From Verrucomicrobiota bacterium (GTDB taxonomy: Bacteria > Verrucomicrobiota > Verrucomicrobiia > Limisphaerales > Palsa-1400): DNA of 53,019 nt. Below the pieces are notes generated by a model. It searched no databases. It was given only the letters and a program-made list of their open reading frames with translations, and had not been told where the DNA came from. How positions within the stretch are numbered: the stretch's first letter is position 1; each line of letters starts with the position of its first letter. The stretch is from the NCBI GenBank assembly GCA_049510745.1, contig JBEKYR010000038.1, forward strand, positions 1-53,019, given 5' to 3'. Of the stretch, positions 9,609 through 19,305 are shown piece by piece. A program made the position numbers and the translations under genes.

Positions 9609-10460
9609 AGTGAAGTGAAGGTGAAGGGGTCGGTGAAGGGGTCGGTCCTAGGAAATGGGTCGTGAAGAGGTCGGTCCTATGAAATTGGTAAAGCGGCGGG
9701 TCGGGGGTCGGTCCTAGGAAATTGGTAAAGTGGTAAGGGAGTCGCCCATCGGCTCGCCCGCTTTTTAAGTTTTCTCGGTGATTTCAGCGAACGCGGCGGC
9801 GGCTCAAACAATCGGTTTTTCCCTGATTCGCTTTTTGGACCGGCCAAAACATCCTGGTTATCCTGTAAATCCCGCAAAGGGGTCGGTTCCTAGCATGTCA
9901 ACATTTTATGCTTCGCAGGGGTCACCGCAATGATCGCCCGATTCTTAAGTTTTCTCGTTGATTTCAGCGAACGCGGCGACGGCTCGCTTTTTGGACCGGC
10001 CAAAACATCCTGCTTATCCTGTAGATCCTGTCCAAAATTCCCCGCCCCCTTTTTCCGTGTATTCCGAGTATTCCGTGGTCAACATCGCCCCCGCCATTCC
10101 GCACCCTCATAAATTCACTGATTCAAACCTCACTCATTCTCCTACGATTCCGACTCTGCAATTTTCCGGCAAAAAGCCCTTGACAAGTTCCATAACACAG
10201 TGGTATTTCTTCCTTCGATGACGCCAAATCGTCACATCGGTCAAGGCCGGCTTCGGCGCCAGGCGCTTTGCGCTTCCCGCGCAATCCCTTCGGCGACGGC
10301 GGATTCGTCCCACTGGTCCGATTGGTCCCTTTGGCCCCCCAAATCAAACCAAATCAGACTAAATCAGACTAAATCAAACCCCAAACAACAGGGGGGGAGG
10401 GGGGCCAAAACGGAGCAAGACGGACTAAAACTGAGTAAAACTGAGTAAAACCGAGTACTT
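9609..10460. repeat. Composite non-coding repeat field
   Basis: About 7 GGGTCGG(TCCTAGGAAATTGGTAAAG) copies, a ~95-bp direct repeat (9754-9872 / 9934-10028), 9-mer triads and 10-mer tandems. Confidence 0.85.
10180..10209 (+). promoter_or_regulatory. Putative sigma70 promoter
   Basis: TTGACA (10180-10185), 18-nt spacer ending TGg, TATTTC (10204-10209). Confidence 0.45.
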
Positions 10461-10501
10461 TTTTATTTTTCATGCCGCCCAAAGACACGAACAGCGGCGC
10501 G

Positions 10502-11977
10502 TTAAAGCCCCTTTTTCAGCGCCTTGACTTTCGCCGCTTCCGGTTTCGCGCCGTAGTAATTGTCCAGCGGGTAGCAGCCGCTGACCATCCCGTTGCGCGG
10601 TGCGGTGGTGCAATCGCTGAATGTCCGGCAGATGGACTTCGGCGTCAGCGCCCCCTTTTTCAGCGCGTCACTCGGCAGCGCCGGATAACTCAGGATCATT
10701 CGCCCCAGTCCGATCATGTCGGTCCATCCCTCGCGCACCACCGCCTGCCCGACCAGCGGCAGAAATTCCTGCAAGTAGCTGTAGGCCGAGCCGACAATGA
10801 TCAGGTTCGGCGGCGCCTGGCTTTTGATCTGGCGCGTCACGTCGATCTGCCGCGCCACGTCGATCAACGGGTCGTGCGCCGGCTGGTAGCCGTCGGAGGG
10901 CGGATAAGCGGCCGGCCGTTGGATATGCGGGTTGTAATAGGGCGAGCCGGCGCTCAGATTCAGAATCTTGATCCCCAACTCCGAGCACAAGCGCGCGAAC
11001 CGGTGGGTTTCGGAAAGGTCGTATTCCAGCGGATTATTCTGATTGACGCCAAACGCGTACGGATAAGGCACGGGAAACTCATCCGGTATGCCCGGCCCCA
11101 GCCGGCCCGGTTCGCCGCGGGCCGGGTCGGGCTTGAAGGGCACGGTGTCAAAGGCGCTGAGCCGCACTCCCAGGTCGATCGGGTTGCCGCTGGCGCGAAT
11201 CCCGGCCACGATCTCGCGCAGGAGGCGCGTGCGGTTTTCAAACGAACCGCCGTACTTTCCCGCACGCGTGAACGCCCCCAGAAACTCGTGCAGCAGATAC
11301 CCGTGGCAATGCTTGAGATCGACAAAGTCCGCCCCCGCTTCCCACGCCAGCCGGGCGGCGGCCACGTAATCGCCGGTCAATTCGCCGATCTCGGCGTCGC
11401 TGAACATCTGCGCGTCGGAAGTAACGTTGAATTTCCTGTCAAGAACCGGATGGCGGAAGGCGACGCGCGGTTCCAGCCGCGTGTCGTTGGGCCGGCAAAA
11501 GCGCCCGGAATGCGTCAACTGGAAGCCGATCACCAAGTCGTCCGTCGTCCCGTGGTGTTGGCGGTGCGCCGCCAGCAGAGTTTCGCGCAACCGCGCCAGA
11601 TCGGCTTTGTTTTCCGGGCGGATGATGAGTTGATGGGGGTTGGCGCGGGCATCGGGGCGGACCGCCATGGCTTCCCCGCCGAAGATCAGCTTGGCGCCGC
11701 TCTCGCCAAAGCGCGCCCAGCGCCGCAGCATAGTGTCGGTCGCCCCGCCCGTGCGCGTCCCGTCCCAGCCTTCCATCGGCTGGACGGCGAAGCGGTTGCC
11801 GATTCTCTTGCCGTTAATCTCCACGCGCCCGATGGGCTGCTGGAGAGGCGAGGACGCTCCCGTCTCAATCACATCGTCGCAGGGCAGAGAAAGGCCGAGC
11901 GAAGCGGTGTAGCGGCGAAAATTCTCCGGTGTCTTGAGCGCCGGCACGCGCACCCATTCCTGTTTTGGTTCGGGCAT
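10502..11977 (-). CDS. NADH:flavin oxidoreductase (Old Yellow Enzyme family)
   Basis: NRFAVQPMEG, QLTHSGR, DLKHCHGYLLHEFL, YGGSFENRTR, GLGR. Confidence 0.92.
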   Translation of the reverse strand: MPEPKQEWVRVPALKTPENFRRYTASLGLSLPCDDVIETGASSPLQQPIGRVEINGKRIGNRFAVQPMEGWDGTRTGGATDTMLRRWARFGESGAKLIFGGEAMAVRPDARANPHQLIIRPENKADLARLRETLLAAHRQHHGTTDDLVIGFQLTHSGRFCRPNDTRLEPRVAFRHPVLDRKFNVTSDAQMFSDAEIGELTGDYVAAARLAWEAGADFVDLKHCHGYLLHEFLGAFTRAGKYGGSFENRTRLLREIVAGIRASGNPIDLGVRLSAFDTVPFKPDPARGEPGRLGPGIPDEFPVPYPYAFGVNQNNPLEYDLSETHRFARLCSELGIKILNLSAGSPYYNPHIQRPAAYPPSDGYQPAHDPLIDVARQIDVTRQIKSQAPPNLIIVGSAYSYLQEFLPLVGQAVVREGWTDMIGLGRMILSYPALPSDALKKGALTPKSICRTFSDCTTAPRNGMVSGCYPLDNYYGAKPEAAKVKALKKGL

Positions 11978-12067
11978 GGCAGGCGGAAATTAAGGCGAAA
12001 TTCCGGCGGGGGCGAGCGGAAAGAATTTTCAGTCCCCGGTCCGCCGCGAAAGCACCGCTCCGGCGCG

Positions 12068-12931
12068 TCAATTCCTGGAGGTCGTCCTCTGGGTGATCCA
12101 AACCAGGTCCGGGTTGTTGGGCGAGGGGACATCGTGAGGGATAAACACATCGCCCGCCGGCACCCCGATCATGGTTCTGGCGTCCTGCCACTTGTGGGTC
12201 TCAACGTGGCTGTCGGCAAATGCCACCACGCCCCGCTTGCGGTGCAAATAGGACGGGAAATGGATAAACTCCTGAGCCGTCATATCGACCCCGAAACCGG
12301 GCGTGCAAATGCTGGCCGGGTTGACATCCATGAAGACAAAGCGATTGGCCGCCGGGGCCGCGGCCAGTTGCGCCCACTTCATATAGACGCGGTAGCCGGG
12401 AGTCTGGGCCAGCGGCATCACGAGGTTGGAGCCGGAAGCGCCGATGTAGCTGTTCATGGAATAGCTGCGCAACTCGAACACTTTGGTCGCGACGTCGCCC
12501 GCGGACCATTTGGAGACATCCGCCGGGCACTTGTAGAGCGGCGCCGAGGGCTGAACCCCGGCCAGGAGCGCATAGTTGGCGCCGACCAAATACTGCGTGT
12601 TGGTCAGCGTGGGCGGGTCCCCGTGGTTGCCCCCGTAAACCCACAGATGCGCCAGTTCGCCGGGCCGAAGTGCCGTGCTTGTATCCCCGCCGTTGAGGAC
12701 CAATACGTCCCGGTTGTCACCCGAATAAATGGACCAGGCCACCATCAACTCCTTCTGGTTGTTGACGCATCGGATGCGCACCGCCTCCGACTTGGCGACC
12801 GCCAGGGCCGGCAGGAGCAGCGCGGCCAGCAGCGTGATGATGGCAATCACCACCAGCAGCTCGATCAGCGTAAACGCCGCCCCGGCGGGAAGCCGGGCGG
12901 GCGTTTCGACGGAGGATGACGTCGCGCGCAT
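12068..12931 (-). CDS. Prepilin-type N-terminal cleavage / H-X9-DG (DUF1559-like) protein
   Basis: [29 protein letters not shown]-x9-DSH. Confidence 0.88.
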   Translation of the reverse strand: MRATSSSVETPARLPAGAAFTLIELLVVIAIITLLAALLLPALAVAKSEAVRIRCVNNQKELMVAWSIYSGDNRDVLVLNGGDTSTALRPGELAHLWVYGGNHGDPPTLTNTQYLVGANYALLAGVQPSAPLYKCPADVSKWSAGDVATKVFELRSYSMNSYIGASGSNLVMPLAQTPGYRVYMKWAQLAAAPAANRFVFMDVNPASICTPGFGVDMTAQEFIHFPSYLHRKRGVVAFADSHVETHKWQDARTMIGVPAGDVFIPHDVPSPNNPDLVWITQRTTSRN

Positions 12932-13121
12932 GGATTTCGGCCAACACTACCGCAATCCTGGGGCACGGCAATCAAAATCGCCGTTTTAAAATCACAGCAT
13001 CAAAATCGCCACAGACCGATGAAGTTCCTCCGCTCATCGGCTCCTCGGTGTGGCGCTCATGGGCCATTGACCAGGGCATACAGAGTCCCGTCCTCGGACC
13101 CAAAATAAACCGTGCCGTCCG

Positions 13122-13361
13122 CTCTCCGACTTCAAGAATCCCTTTTACGCCGGCAAGGAATACGCCCGTCCGCCGGCGGAAATAATTCTTTACACCTATG
13201 ACGCCCTCCGGGCCTGGACCGGCGAGCAGGGGATCGAGCCGCGGCCCGGGCAAACGGCGCGCGAATTCTGCCAGGCGATGGCCGGCCCGCTGCCCGAGGC
13301 GGCCGCGGCCCTGCGCCATCTCTCCTACCTTTACGCCCACGCCGCCAGCGTTCCCCAATAG
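13122..13361 (+). pseudogene. DUF4129-like C-terminal fragment
   Basis: Frame with no start codon at its 5' end: LSDFKNPF...YDALRAWTGEQGIEPRPGQTAREF...LSYLYAHAA, ending early next to the NTase module. Confidence 0.45.
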
Positions 13362-13407
13362 CGATCTGGATGCGCGATGGCGGGCCGAATCCCGGACTGG
13401 AATTTGA

Positions 13408-14220
13408 TCAGTCGCCGCCCTGGGAACTGGATCGTGGCGGCTTTGATTTGGATTGCAGCCCCTTCACCCAATCTTTGATATCCTCTGTCATCGCTAATTT
13501 ATCTTGGACTTCCTGTGTCCAAGCGGGAGCTTCCGTTTCCGCCCAATCTGACAGAGGCGGCTTCCCAAGACGCCACTTTTCGACGGGAACGGCATCAAGA
13601 AAGCGCAGCTTATATCTGCGCTGAATTTCCAGCCCCGCATGAGTGTTGGCATGGGCTCTTAAGCGCGTTGCCCACGCCAGCAGAACTTCCGCAGTGCGGC
13701 CGCCAGAGGGCGCGGAAAGATATTCCCTGCAATTGGCGATGGATAACCGCAAATGCTTCTCATCCTGCCGGCCAACTACTTGCTGGTCCAGAGTCAGCAG
13801 ATTTGCCGTCTTGGCCTCGACGCACAGCACCGGATGCAGGACCTGCAACGGGATGTCCCCGTGCTTGAGCCGAACCGCCGTGTGCAAAGCGTCCGCCGTG
13901 TTCAGACCATTCGCCGTATGAAGAATATCGATGTCGATTTCCGGGTGTCGACAGTGGACCTTCGCAATGTTTGGCGTGTGTGCCGGATCCGTGGGCCACT
14001 CGATTTCCGCTTGGAGATCAACGCCCAGGATTCTCACGTCCGCTTGATTGCCCAGCAAGTCAACGTCAACACTGGTGAAGGGTTGCGAGTCCTTCCACGG
14101 CGCCTCTCCTGGTCGTTGCAGCCGCTCGGACCAGAGGTTGACAGCCTGTCCTCCGATCAATATGGCCCCCGTCTTGCCGAGAGCTTTCAGAACGGGCCGG
14201 ATCTGTTGGAGGGTGAACAT
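13408..14220 (-). CDS. Putative nucleotidyltransferase-fold protein
   Basis: ILIGGQAVNLW...TSVDVDL, IDIL, LHP..CVEAK, QDEKH. Confidence 0.65.
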   Translation of the reverse strand: MFTLQQIRPVLKALGKTGAILIGGQAVNLWSERLQRPGEAPWKDSQPFTSVDVDLLGNQADVRILGVDLQAEIEWPTDPAHTPNIAKVHCRHPEIDIDILHTANGLNTADALHTAVRLKHGDIPLQVLHPVLCVEAKTANLLTLDQQVVGRQDEKHLRLSIANCREYLSAPSGGRTAEVLLAWATRLRAHANTHAGLEIQRRYKLRFLDAVPVEKWRLGKPPLSDWAETEAPAWTQEVQDKLAMTEDIKDWVKGLQSKSKPPRSSSQGGD

Positions 14221-14223
14221 GCC

Positions 14224-14412
14224 TCAGTCAAGAACCTCTCCTCCCAGAGGCTTGGGCATGTTCTCAATGGTCCACTCCTTCGGGTTTGGAACAAATCGGT
14301 TGCGAGCCTGGCGTTGCGCGGCTTTTCCGTTCCGGACGGCCTGCCCATCCAGCAGCCGCTCTTGCGCCTTCTGCTTCTTCCGTTTCTCGACGCTGTAACG
14401 TCCCATTTTCAC
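14224..14412 (-). CDS. Small basic protein, partner of the NTase gene
   Basis: 62 aa; ends 3 nt before the NTase ATG with GGAGAGG inside its 3' end. Confidence 0.55.
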   Translation of the reverse strand: MKMGRYSVEKRKKQKAQERLLDGQAVRNGKAAQRQARNRFVPNPKEWTIENMPKPLGGEVLD

Positions 14413-14460
14413 GAGTAATACGACATTGCAATCATGCCCTTTTCCCGCTATGTGTCAAAC

Positions 14461-15897
14461 ATGGTCTTCATGCCGCCAGAGTTGGAAAAAATCCTGCGGG
14501 AAACGCCGGAATTGCAACGGGCGTTCCTGGTCGGCGGCAGCGTGCGCGATGTGTTCCTGGGCCGGCCCCCGGGCCAGGATTTCGACATCGAGGTCTTTGG
14601 CCTGGATTATGACCGGCTCCGCCAGGCCCTGGCCCGCTGGGGCAGGACGGATTTGGTGGGGCGTTCTTTTGGCGTCGTCAAGCTTTCGACCGGCAGCGGC
14701 CAGACTTACGATTTTACCGTGCCGCGCAAGGATTCAAAGGTCGCGCCCGGCCACAAGGGCTTCGACGTCGAATTCGATCCGGCCATCACCCCGCCCGAGG
14801 CGGCGGCGCGGCGCGATTTCACCATCAACTCGCTCATGTACGACCCGCGCGCCGGCCAGGTGCTGGATTTTTTCGGGGGCGCGGCGGATTTGAAGAATCG
14901 CGTTCTGCGCCACACCAGCCCGGCCTTCAGCGAAGACCCGTTGCGGGTCTTGCGCGGGATGCAATTCGCCGGGCGCTTCGACCTGCGCGCGGCGCCGGAA
15001 ACGGCCGCGCTGTCGCGGCAGATCAAAGGCAGCTTCCCCGAACTGGCCGTGGAGCGGGTCCGTGAGGAATGGTTCAAGTGGGCGCAACAGGGCGGGCGGC
15101 CGTCGGCGGGCCTGAGGTTTCTAATTGACACTGAATGGATCGATCACTTTCCGGAAATCAAGGCGCTGGCCGGCACGCCCCAGGAACCGGAGTGGCACCC
15201 GGAAGGCGACGTTTTCACGCACACCTGCCATGCTTGCGACGCGCTGGCGCGGTTGGACGCCTGGCTCGCGGCGGACGCGGAGTCGCGCTTGGTTTATATG
15301 CTGGCGGTTCTGGCGCACGACTTCGGCAAGCCCGCGACCACGCAAACGAGTTTGAAAGAGGGCCGGCAGCGCCTCGTCTCGCCGGGGCATGACGAAGCGG
15401 GGGCGGAACTGGCGAAGATTTTTCTGGAGCGCCTGCGCGCGCAGGGGGCGATTGTGGAACGGGTCGTTCCGCTAGTGCGCAACCATCTGTTTTACCACGG
15501 CAGCGTCACCGACCGCGCGGTGCGGCGTCTGGCCAAGCGATTGGAGCCGGAAAGCGTCGAAGGCCTTTGCCTGGTGATGACCGCCGACAGCATGGGGCGT
15601 CCGCCGCTTCCGGCCCTTGAGCCGGAGAGCGTCCAAACCCTCCTGGCGCGGGCGCGGGACTTGAACGTGCGGGCCAAGCCGCCGGAACCGATTCTGATGG
15701 GGCGTCATTTGATCGAGGCCGGTTTGCGGCCGGGGAAGGACTTTGCCGGCATCCTCGGCCAGGCTTACGACGCGCAGTTGGAAGGGGCGTTTGGCGACCT
15801 GCCCGGGGCGTTTGCCTGGCTGGCCGGCAGCGCGGCCTTTGCGTTTTCGGAGGATGTCAAGACTAGATTGCGCGCGCGCGCGGAGGGCGCGGCTTGA
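14461..15897 (+). CDS. cca: CCA tRNA nucleotidyltransferase with HD domain
   Basis: VGGSVRD, DFDIE, RRDFTIN, EDPLR, HPEGDVFTH, LAHDFGK; start uncertain (14434/14461/14470). Confidence 0.85.
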   Translation: MVFMPPELEKILRETPELQRAFLVGGSVRDVFLGRPPGQDFDIEVFGLDYDRLRQALARWGRTDLVGRSFGVVKLSTGSGQTYDFTVPRKDSKVAPGHKGFDVEFDPAITPPEAAARRDFTINSLMYDPRAGQVLDFFGGAADLKNRVLRHTSPAFSEDPLRVLRGMQFAGRFDLRAAPETAALSRQIKGSFPELAVERVREEWFKWAQQGGRPSAGLRFLIDTEWIDHFPEIKALAGTPQEPEWHPEGDVFTHTCHACDALARLDAWLAADAESRLVYMLAVLAHDFGKPATTQTSLKEGRQRLVSPGHDEAGAELAKIFLERLRAQGAIVERVVPLVRNHLFYHGSVTDRAVRRLAKRLEPESVEGLCLVMTADSMGRPPLPALEPESVQTLLARARDLNVRAKPPEPILMGRHLIEAGLRPGKDFAGILGQAYDAQLEGAFGDLPGAFAWLAGSAAFAFSEDVKTRLRARAEGAA

Positions 15898-15902
15898 CAG
15901 GC

Positions 15903-18900
15903 TCAACCCGCCGGCGCGGGTTCCCCCGGCCTGCCCAGGACGCGGTACGAATCGGTCCAGGGATCGAAACGGCAGATGCCCTGGTACTCGCAGTGGTCGC
16001 AGGCCCGCTCGCGGCCTTTCTGAAAGGGGTTCGGCTGGAGGGCGCCGCCGTAAATCTCCCGGCCCATGCGGATTAACTCCGCCTCGACGTGGTCCAGCAG
16101 CTTCCGAAAATCCGCGGACGACATCACGTCGGCGCTGCGGGCGTCGGGGTGGCCGTCGGCCTTGAGCTTGAAATTGAATTGCGCGGATTCCTTTGCTTGA
16201 CTGCTGTCGAGCCAGGGCAGCGCCGCGCCGTCGAATCGGCCGCTGTGCTGGTAACGGCGGCGCTGGAATTCCTCGCGCGTTTCCAGGACCTCGGTGCGGG
16301 TCTCGCCCCGTTCGGTCTGGCCGCGCAAATTGACGTAGAACACCCCCGCCGGAACCAGCCGGCCGACGCCGAACGCGGCCTTCGGGTCCGCCAAATGACG
16401 AAGCACGCCCAGGTAGGCGGTCAGTTGCAGTTGCAGGCCGTGCGCCATCAGGATTTTGTCCAGCCTGCGCGCGCTGGATTTGTAATCGATCACGACCGTC
16501 AGCGCCTCATCGGCGGAGAGGCGGCGGCACAGATCGACGCGGTCGATGATCCCGCGCAGGACCAGGCGGCGGCCCGCTCCCAGATCCAGTTCCCACGCGG
16601 GGAGCGGGTCGTCCGCGCGCCCGAAGCCCAGTTCGACTTGACATGGATCGAACTGGTAATGGTCCATCCAACTCACGGTGGCGGCGACGAAGTCTTGCAG
16701 CGAATCGGCCACGGCGCGGGCGGCGAAGCGGGTTTGCGCGCGCGCCGCGAGCAACCCTTCCCGGAATTGCGGGGTCAGGCCGGCGACGGCTTCGCCGACG
16801 CGGCGGCGGGCCTCGTCGGGGGAGAGGTCGCGCCAGTTCTTTTGTTCCGCCCGCAGCCCCCGGTGAAAGAGGGCGAGCGCTTCGTGCTGGAAGCTGCCCC
16901 GTTCGCGCACGTCCAGTTCAAATCGCTGCCGTTCCTCGGCGCGCAGGCCGGAGCGGACAAAGAATTTGAAGGAACAGGCGGCGAAATCTTCCAGGCGGCT
17001 GACGGAAGTGCGCAGGGCCGGCCCGTAAAGCTGCCCGGCCAGGTCCGGCGCAAGGCCCTCCCGTTCGCCGGCAGCGGGCAGCAAGGCCATTTGTTCCCGC
17101 AGCGAGGCGAAGGCCGGCCGTTCCAGCAAGGCGCGCAAGACCGGAGTCCGATTGTTGACATGGGTGACCTGTCCGGCCAGTTCGCAGGGGTGTTCGGCCT
17201 GGGTCCAGTCCGGTCCGGCGAATCTTTCCTCGGTCAATTTTGGAAACAGCCTCCGCAGATGGGAAAAGAACGGGGAGGGATTCAGCGGCTGGCCGCCATC
17301 GTCCCGCTCCGCGCACGTCACCACCAGCCGCTGCCGCGACCGCGTGCAGGCGATATAACCGAAGAAACGCTCGCGGCTGAGAAACTCGCGGCGGCTGGGA
17401 CCCAGAAAAATCTCCCACTGCCCGAGTTCTTCGCGGTCCGCGTCGCCAAGCAAATGGCCGGCGGAGGGCGCGGCGGGAAAAACCGATTCGTTGACGCCCA
17501 GCAGCAAAACCAGCTTCAGATCGGGATTGCGCGAGCGGTCGATGGTTCCGACCAGGACCTGGTCGAGCGCGGGCGGGATGACCCCGATGCTCAAGCCGGT
17601 CAAGCCCGCCTCCAAGATCGGCAGCCAGTCGCGCAACCGCATGGATTCGCCGGCAAAGGCCAGGGCGACATCGTCGAGCCAGGCGTTCAATTGCTGCCAA
17701 ACGGTGGCGTGGACGGCGTTGCCCTCGAACGGGCCGGCGCTCCAGTTTTCCAGCGTGTTTTCCACGGCCAGATCGCGCCAGAGTTGGCGAAGGGCTTGCG
17801 CCAGTTGCGGGCCGTTGGGGCGGAACGAAAGGCTCCCGCACAGGAAATTCCGGAATTTTGCGAACGGCGGCAGCCATTTTTGGCGGGACCGCTCGGCCCA
17901 GTCCGAGGCGTCGCTGTCCGGCGGCAGAGGCGCGAACCAGGCCTCGCCCGCCCAACCGCGGGCCAGCGCTTCATTCTCGAGCCGGTCGATCGCTTCCTCA
18001 TCCGGCGCGACCAGGCCCGTCTTGAGGGCGCCGAACCAATCGTCATGCCGCCAGCCGAAAACGGCCGCGCCCAAGGCGCTGCGCGTCAACTCGGCCAGCG
18101 GGTGTTGCCCGACCAGTTCGCGGCGGTCGAGGAAGAAGGGAATTTCGTAGCGCGAAAAGACGCGGCGCAAATGATCGTGATACCCCTCCATGCCGCGGAG
18201 CAGCACCGCCGCATCGCGCAGGCGGCCGCCGGCGCGGGCAAACTGCAAAATCTCCCGCGCCGCCAGAACGGCTTCCGCCGCCGGATCGGCGCAGACGGCC
18301 AGGCGCAACGAATCGTTCAACTTGACACCTGGGCCGTCCGGGAAGGCGGCGGCCGGCTCCCAGTGTTCTTCCAGGTGCCGCAGGACGGGGTTTTCGGTGA
18401 AGCGCCCGGCCGCCCTGTGGCGGGCCAGGACCTCGACGGTCAAGCAGGCGCCGGGCAGCGCGGAAAAGCGGGTCCGGCATTGCTGAAAGGTTTTGCCGAT
18501 GCCCGTCCAAATGGAGAGCCAGGAGCCTTTCGCGCCGGAGGGCGCGCCTTCCAGGCAAAAAGCCAGCGTCATTTTTTGGCAGCGCAGCGCCAGGGCGGCG
18601 AGCAAATCCAATTCCTGGGGCGTCATCTCGGCGAAACCATCCAGCCACAGCGCGGAGATGGAAAGTGTTTGGGCGGAGGGCCGTTCGAGGGCGCCGGCCG
18701 CAAGGTCCAGCAGAGAATCGGCGTCCTGTAAATGATGTTGACGCAGCCAATCCAAGTAGTCTTCGAGCAGGCGGGAAAGGTCCTGGAGTTTGCGCCGGAG
18801 CGATTCGCTCACGCCCGGCTGGGCGGCGAGGGCGCGCAGACCTTCCGGCGCCAGGCGGCGCCGTTGCAACTCGCGCAACTGGAGGCTGAGTTGTCGCGCA

Positions 18901-19256
18901 AAGCCCGCCAGGCCCGCGCTGGCATGGAAAATTTGCAATTCCTTCCGGCGCCGCGCCAGCAACGCGCGCAACACCATCGTTCGCCCGTCCTCGGACAGCA
19001 GCGGCGGCGGGGGCTGGCGCAATTGTTCGAGGACATAATCGGCCAGGCGCTCGAAGGAAAGAATCTGCAAGCGGGTGTAACCGGGCAGCGACGGATCGGC
19101 CAGGAGTTGCCGTTCCAACTGGAATGTGGCTTGCTTGGGCGCCAGCAGCACGAGCGGCGGGCCGGACGGTTCCGCCAGCAAGGCCTGGCGAATCTCCGCC
19201 AGGCAGAGGAAGGTCTTTCCCGTTCCCGCCGGACCGAGCAAAAAGCGCGCTTGCAC
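15903..19256 (-). CDS. addB: ATP-dependent helicase/nuclease subunit B (AddB/RexB)
   Basis: GPAGTGKT, LDGF, SVSRLE..AACSF, RGIIDRVD, VIDYKS, LQL..Y, CDHCEYQGIC; GTG start inferred at 19256. Confidence 0.88.
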   Translation of the reverse strand: MQARFLLGPAGTGKTFLCLAEIRQALLAEPSGPPLVLLAPKQATFQLERQLLADPSLPGYTRLQILSFERLADYVLEQLRQPPPPLLSEDGRTMVLRALLARRRKELQIFHASAGLAGFARQLSLQLRELQRRRLAPEGLRALAAQPGVSESLRRKLQDLSRLLEDYLDWLRQHHLQDADSLLDLAAGALERPSAQTLSISALWLDGFAEMTPQELDLLAALALRCQKMTLAFCLEGAPSGAKGSWLSIWTGIGKTFQQCRTRFSALPGACLTVEVLARHRAAGRFTENPVLRHLEEHWEPAAAFPDGPGVKLNDSLRLAVCADPAAEAVLAAREILQFARAGGRLRDAAVLLRGMEGYHDHLRRVFSRYEIPFFLDRRELVGQHPLAELTRSALGAAVFGWRHDDWFGALKTGLVAPDEEAIDRLENEALARGWAGEAWFAPLPPDSDASDWAERSRQKWLPPFAKFRNFLCGSLSFRPNGPQLAQALRQLWRDLAVENTLENWSAGPFEGNAVHATVWQQLNAWLDDVALAFAGESMRLRDWLPILEAGLTGLSIGVIPPALDQVLVGTIDRSRNPDLKLVLLLGVNESVFPAAPSAGHLLGDADREELGQWEIFLGPSRREFLSRERFFGYIACTRSRQRLVVTCAERDDGGQPLNPSPFFSHLRRLFPKLTEERFAGPDWTQAEHPCELAGQVTHVNNRTPVLRALLERPAFASLREQMALLPAAGEREGLAPDLAGQLYGPALRTSVSRLEDFAACSFKFFVRSGLRAEERQRFELDVRERGSFQHEALALFHRGLRAEQKNWRDLSPDEARRRVGEAVAGLTPQFREGLLAARAQTRFAARAVADSLQDFVAATVSWMDHYQFDPCQVELGFGRADDPLPAWELDLGAGRRLVLRGIIDRVDLCRRLSADEALTVVIDYKSSARRLDKILMAHGLQLQLTAYLGVLRHLADPKAAFGVGRLVPAGVFYVNLRGQTERGETRTEVLETREEFQRRRYQHSGRFDGAALPWLDSSQAKESAQFNFKLKADGHPDARSADVMSSADFRKLLDHVEAELIRMGREIYGGALQPNPFQKGRERACDHCEYQGICRFDPWTDSYRVLGRPGEPAPAG

Positions 19257-19305
19257 CCCATCGTTGTCGCCCAAAACGGCGGCGGCGGAAAGATTTTTTG
19301 CGGGC

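Noticed and set aside
9609..10460. CRISPR array
   Set aside because: Repeats are nested and irregular, there are no unique equal-length spacers, and no cas genes
10472..12919. 815-aa + strand ORF
   Set aside because: Antisense shadow of the OYE and prepilin-like genes, typical of high-GC codon bias
16089..18731. 880-aa + strand ORF
   Set aside because: Antisense shadow of addB with no recognisable motifs
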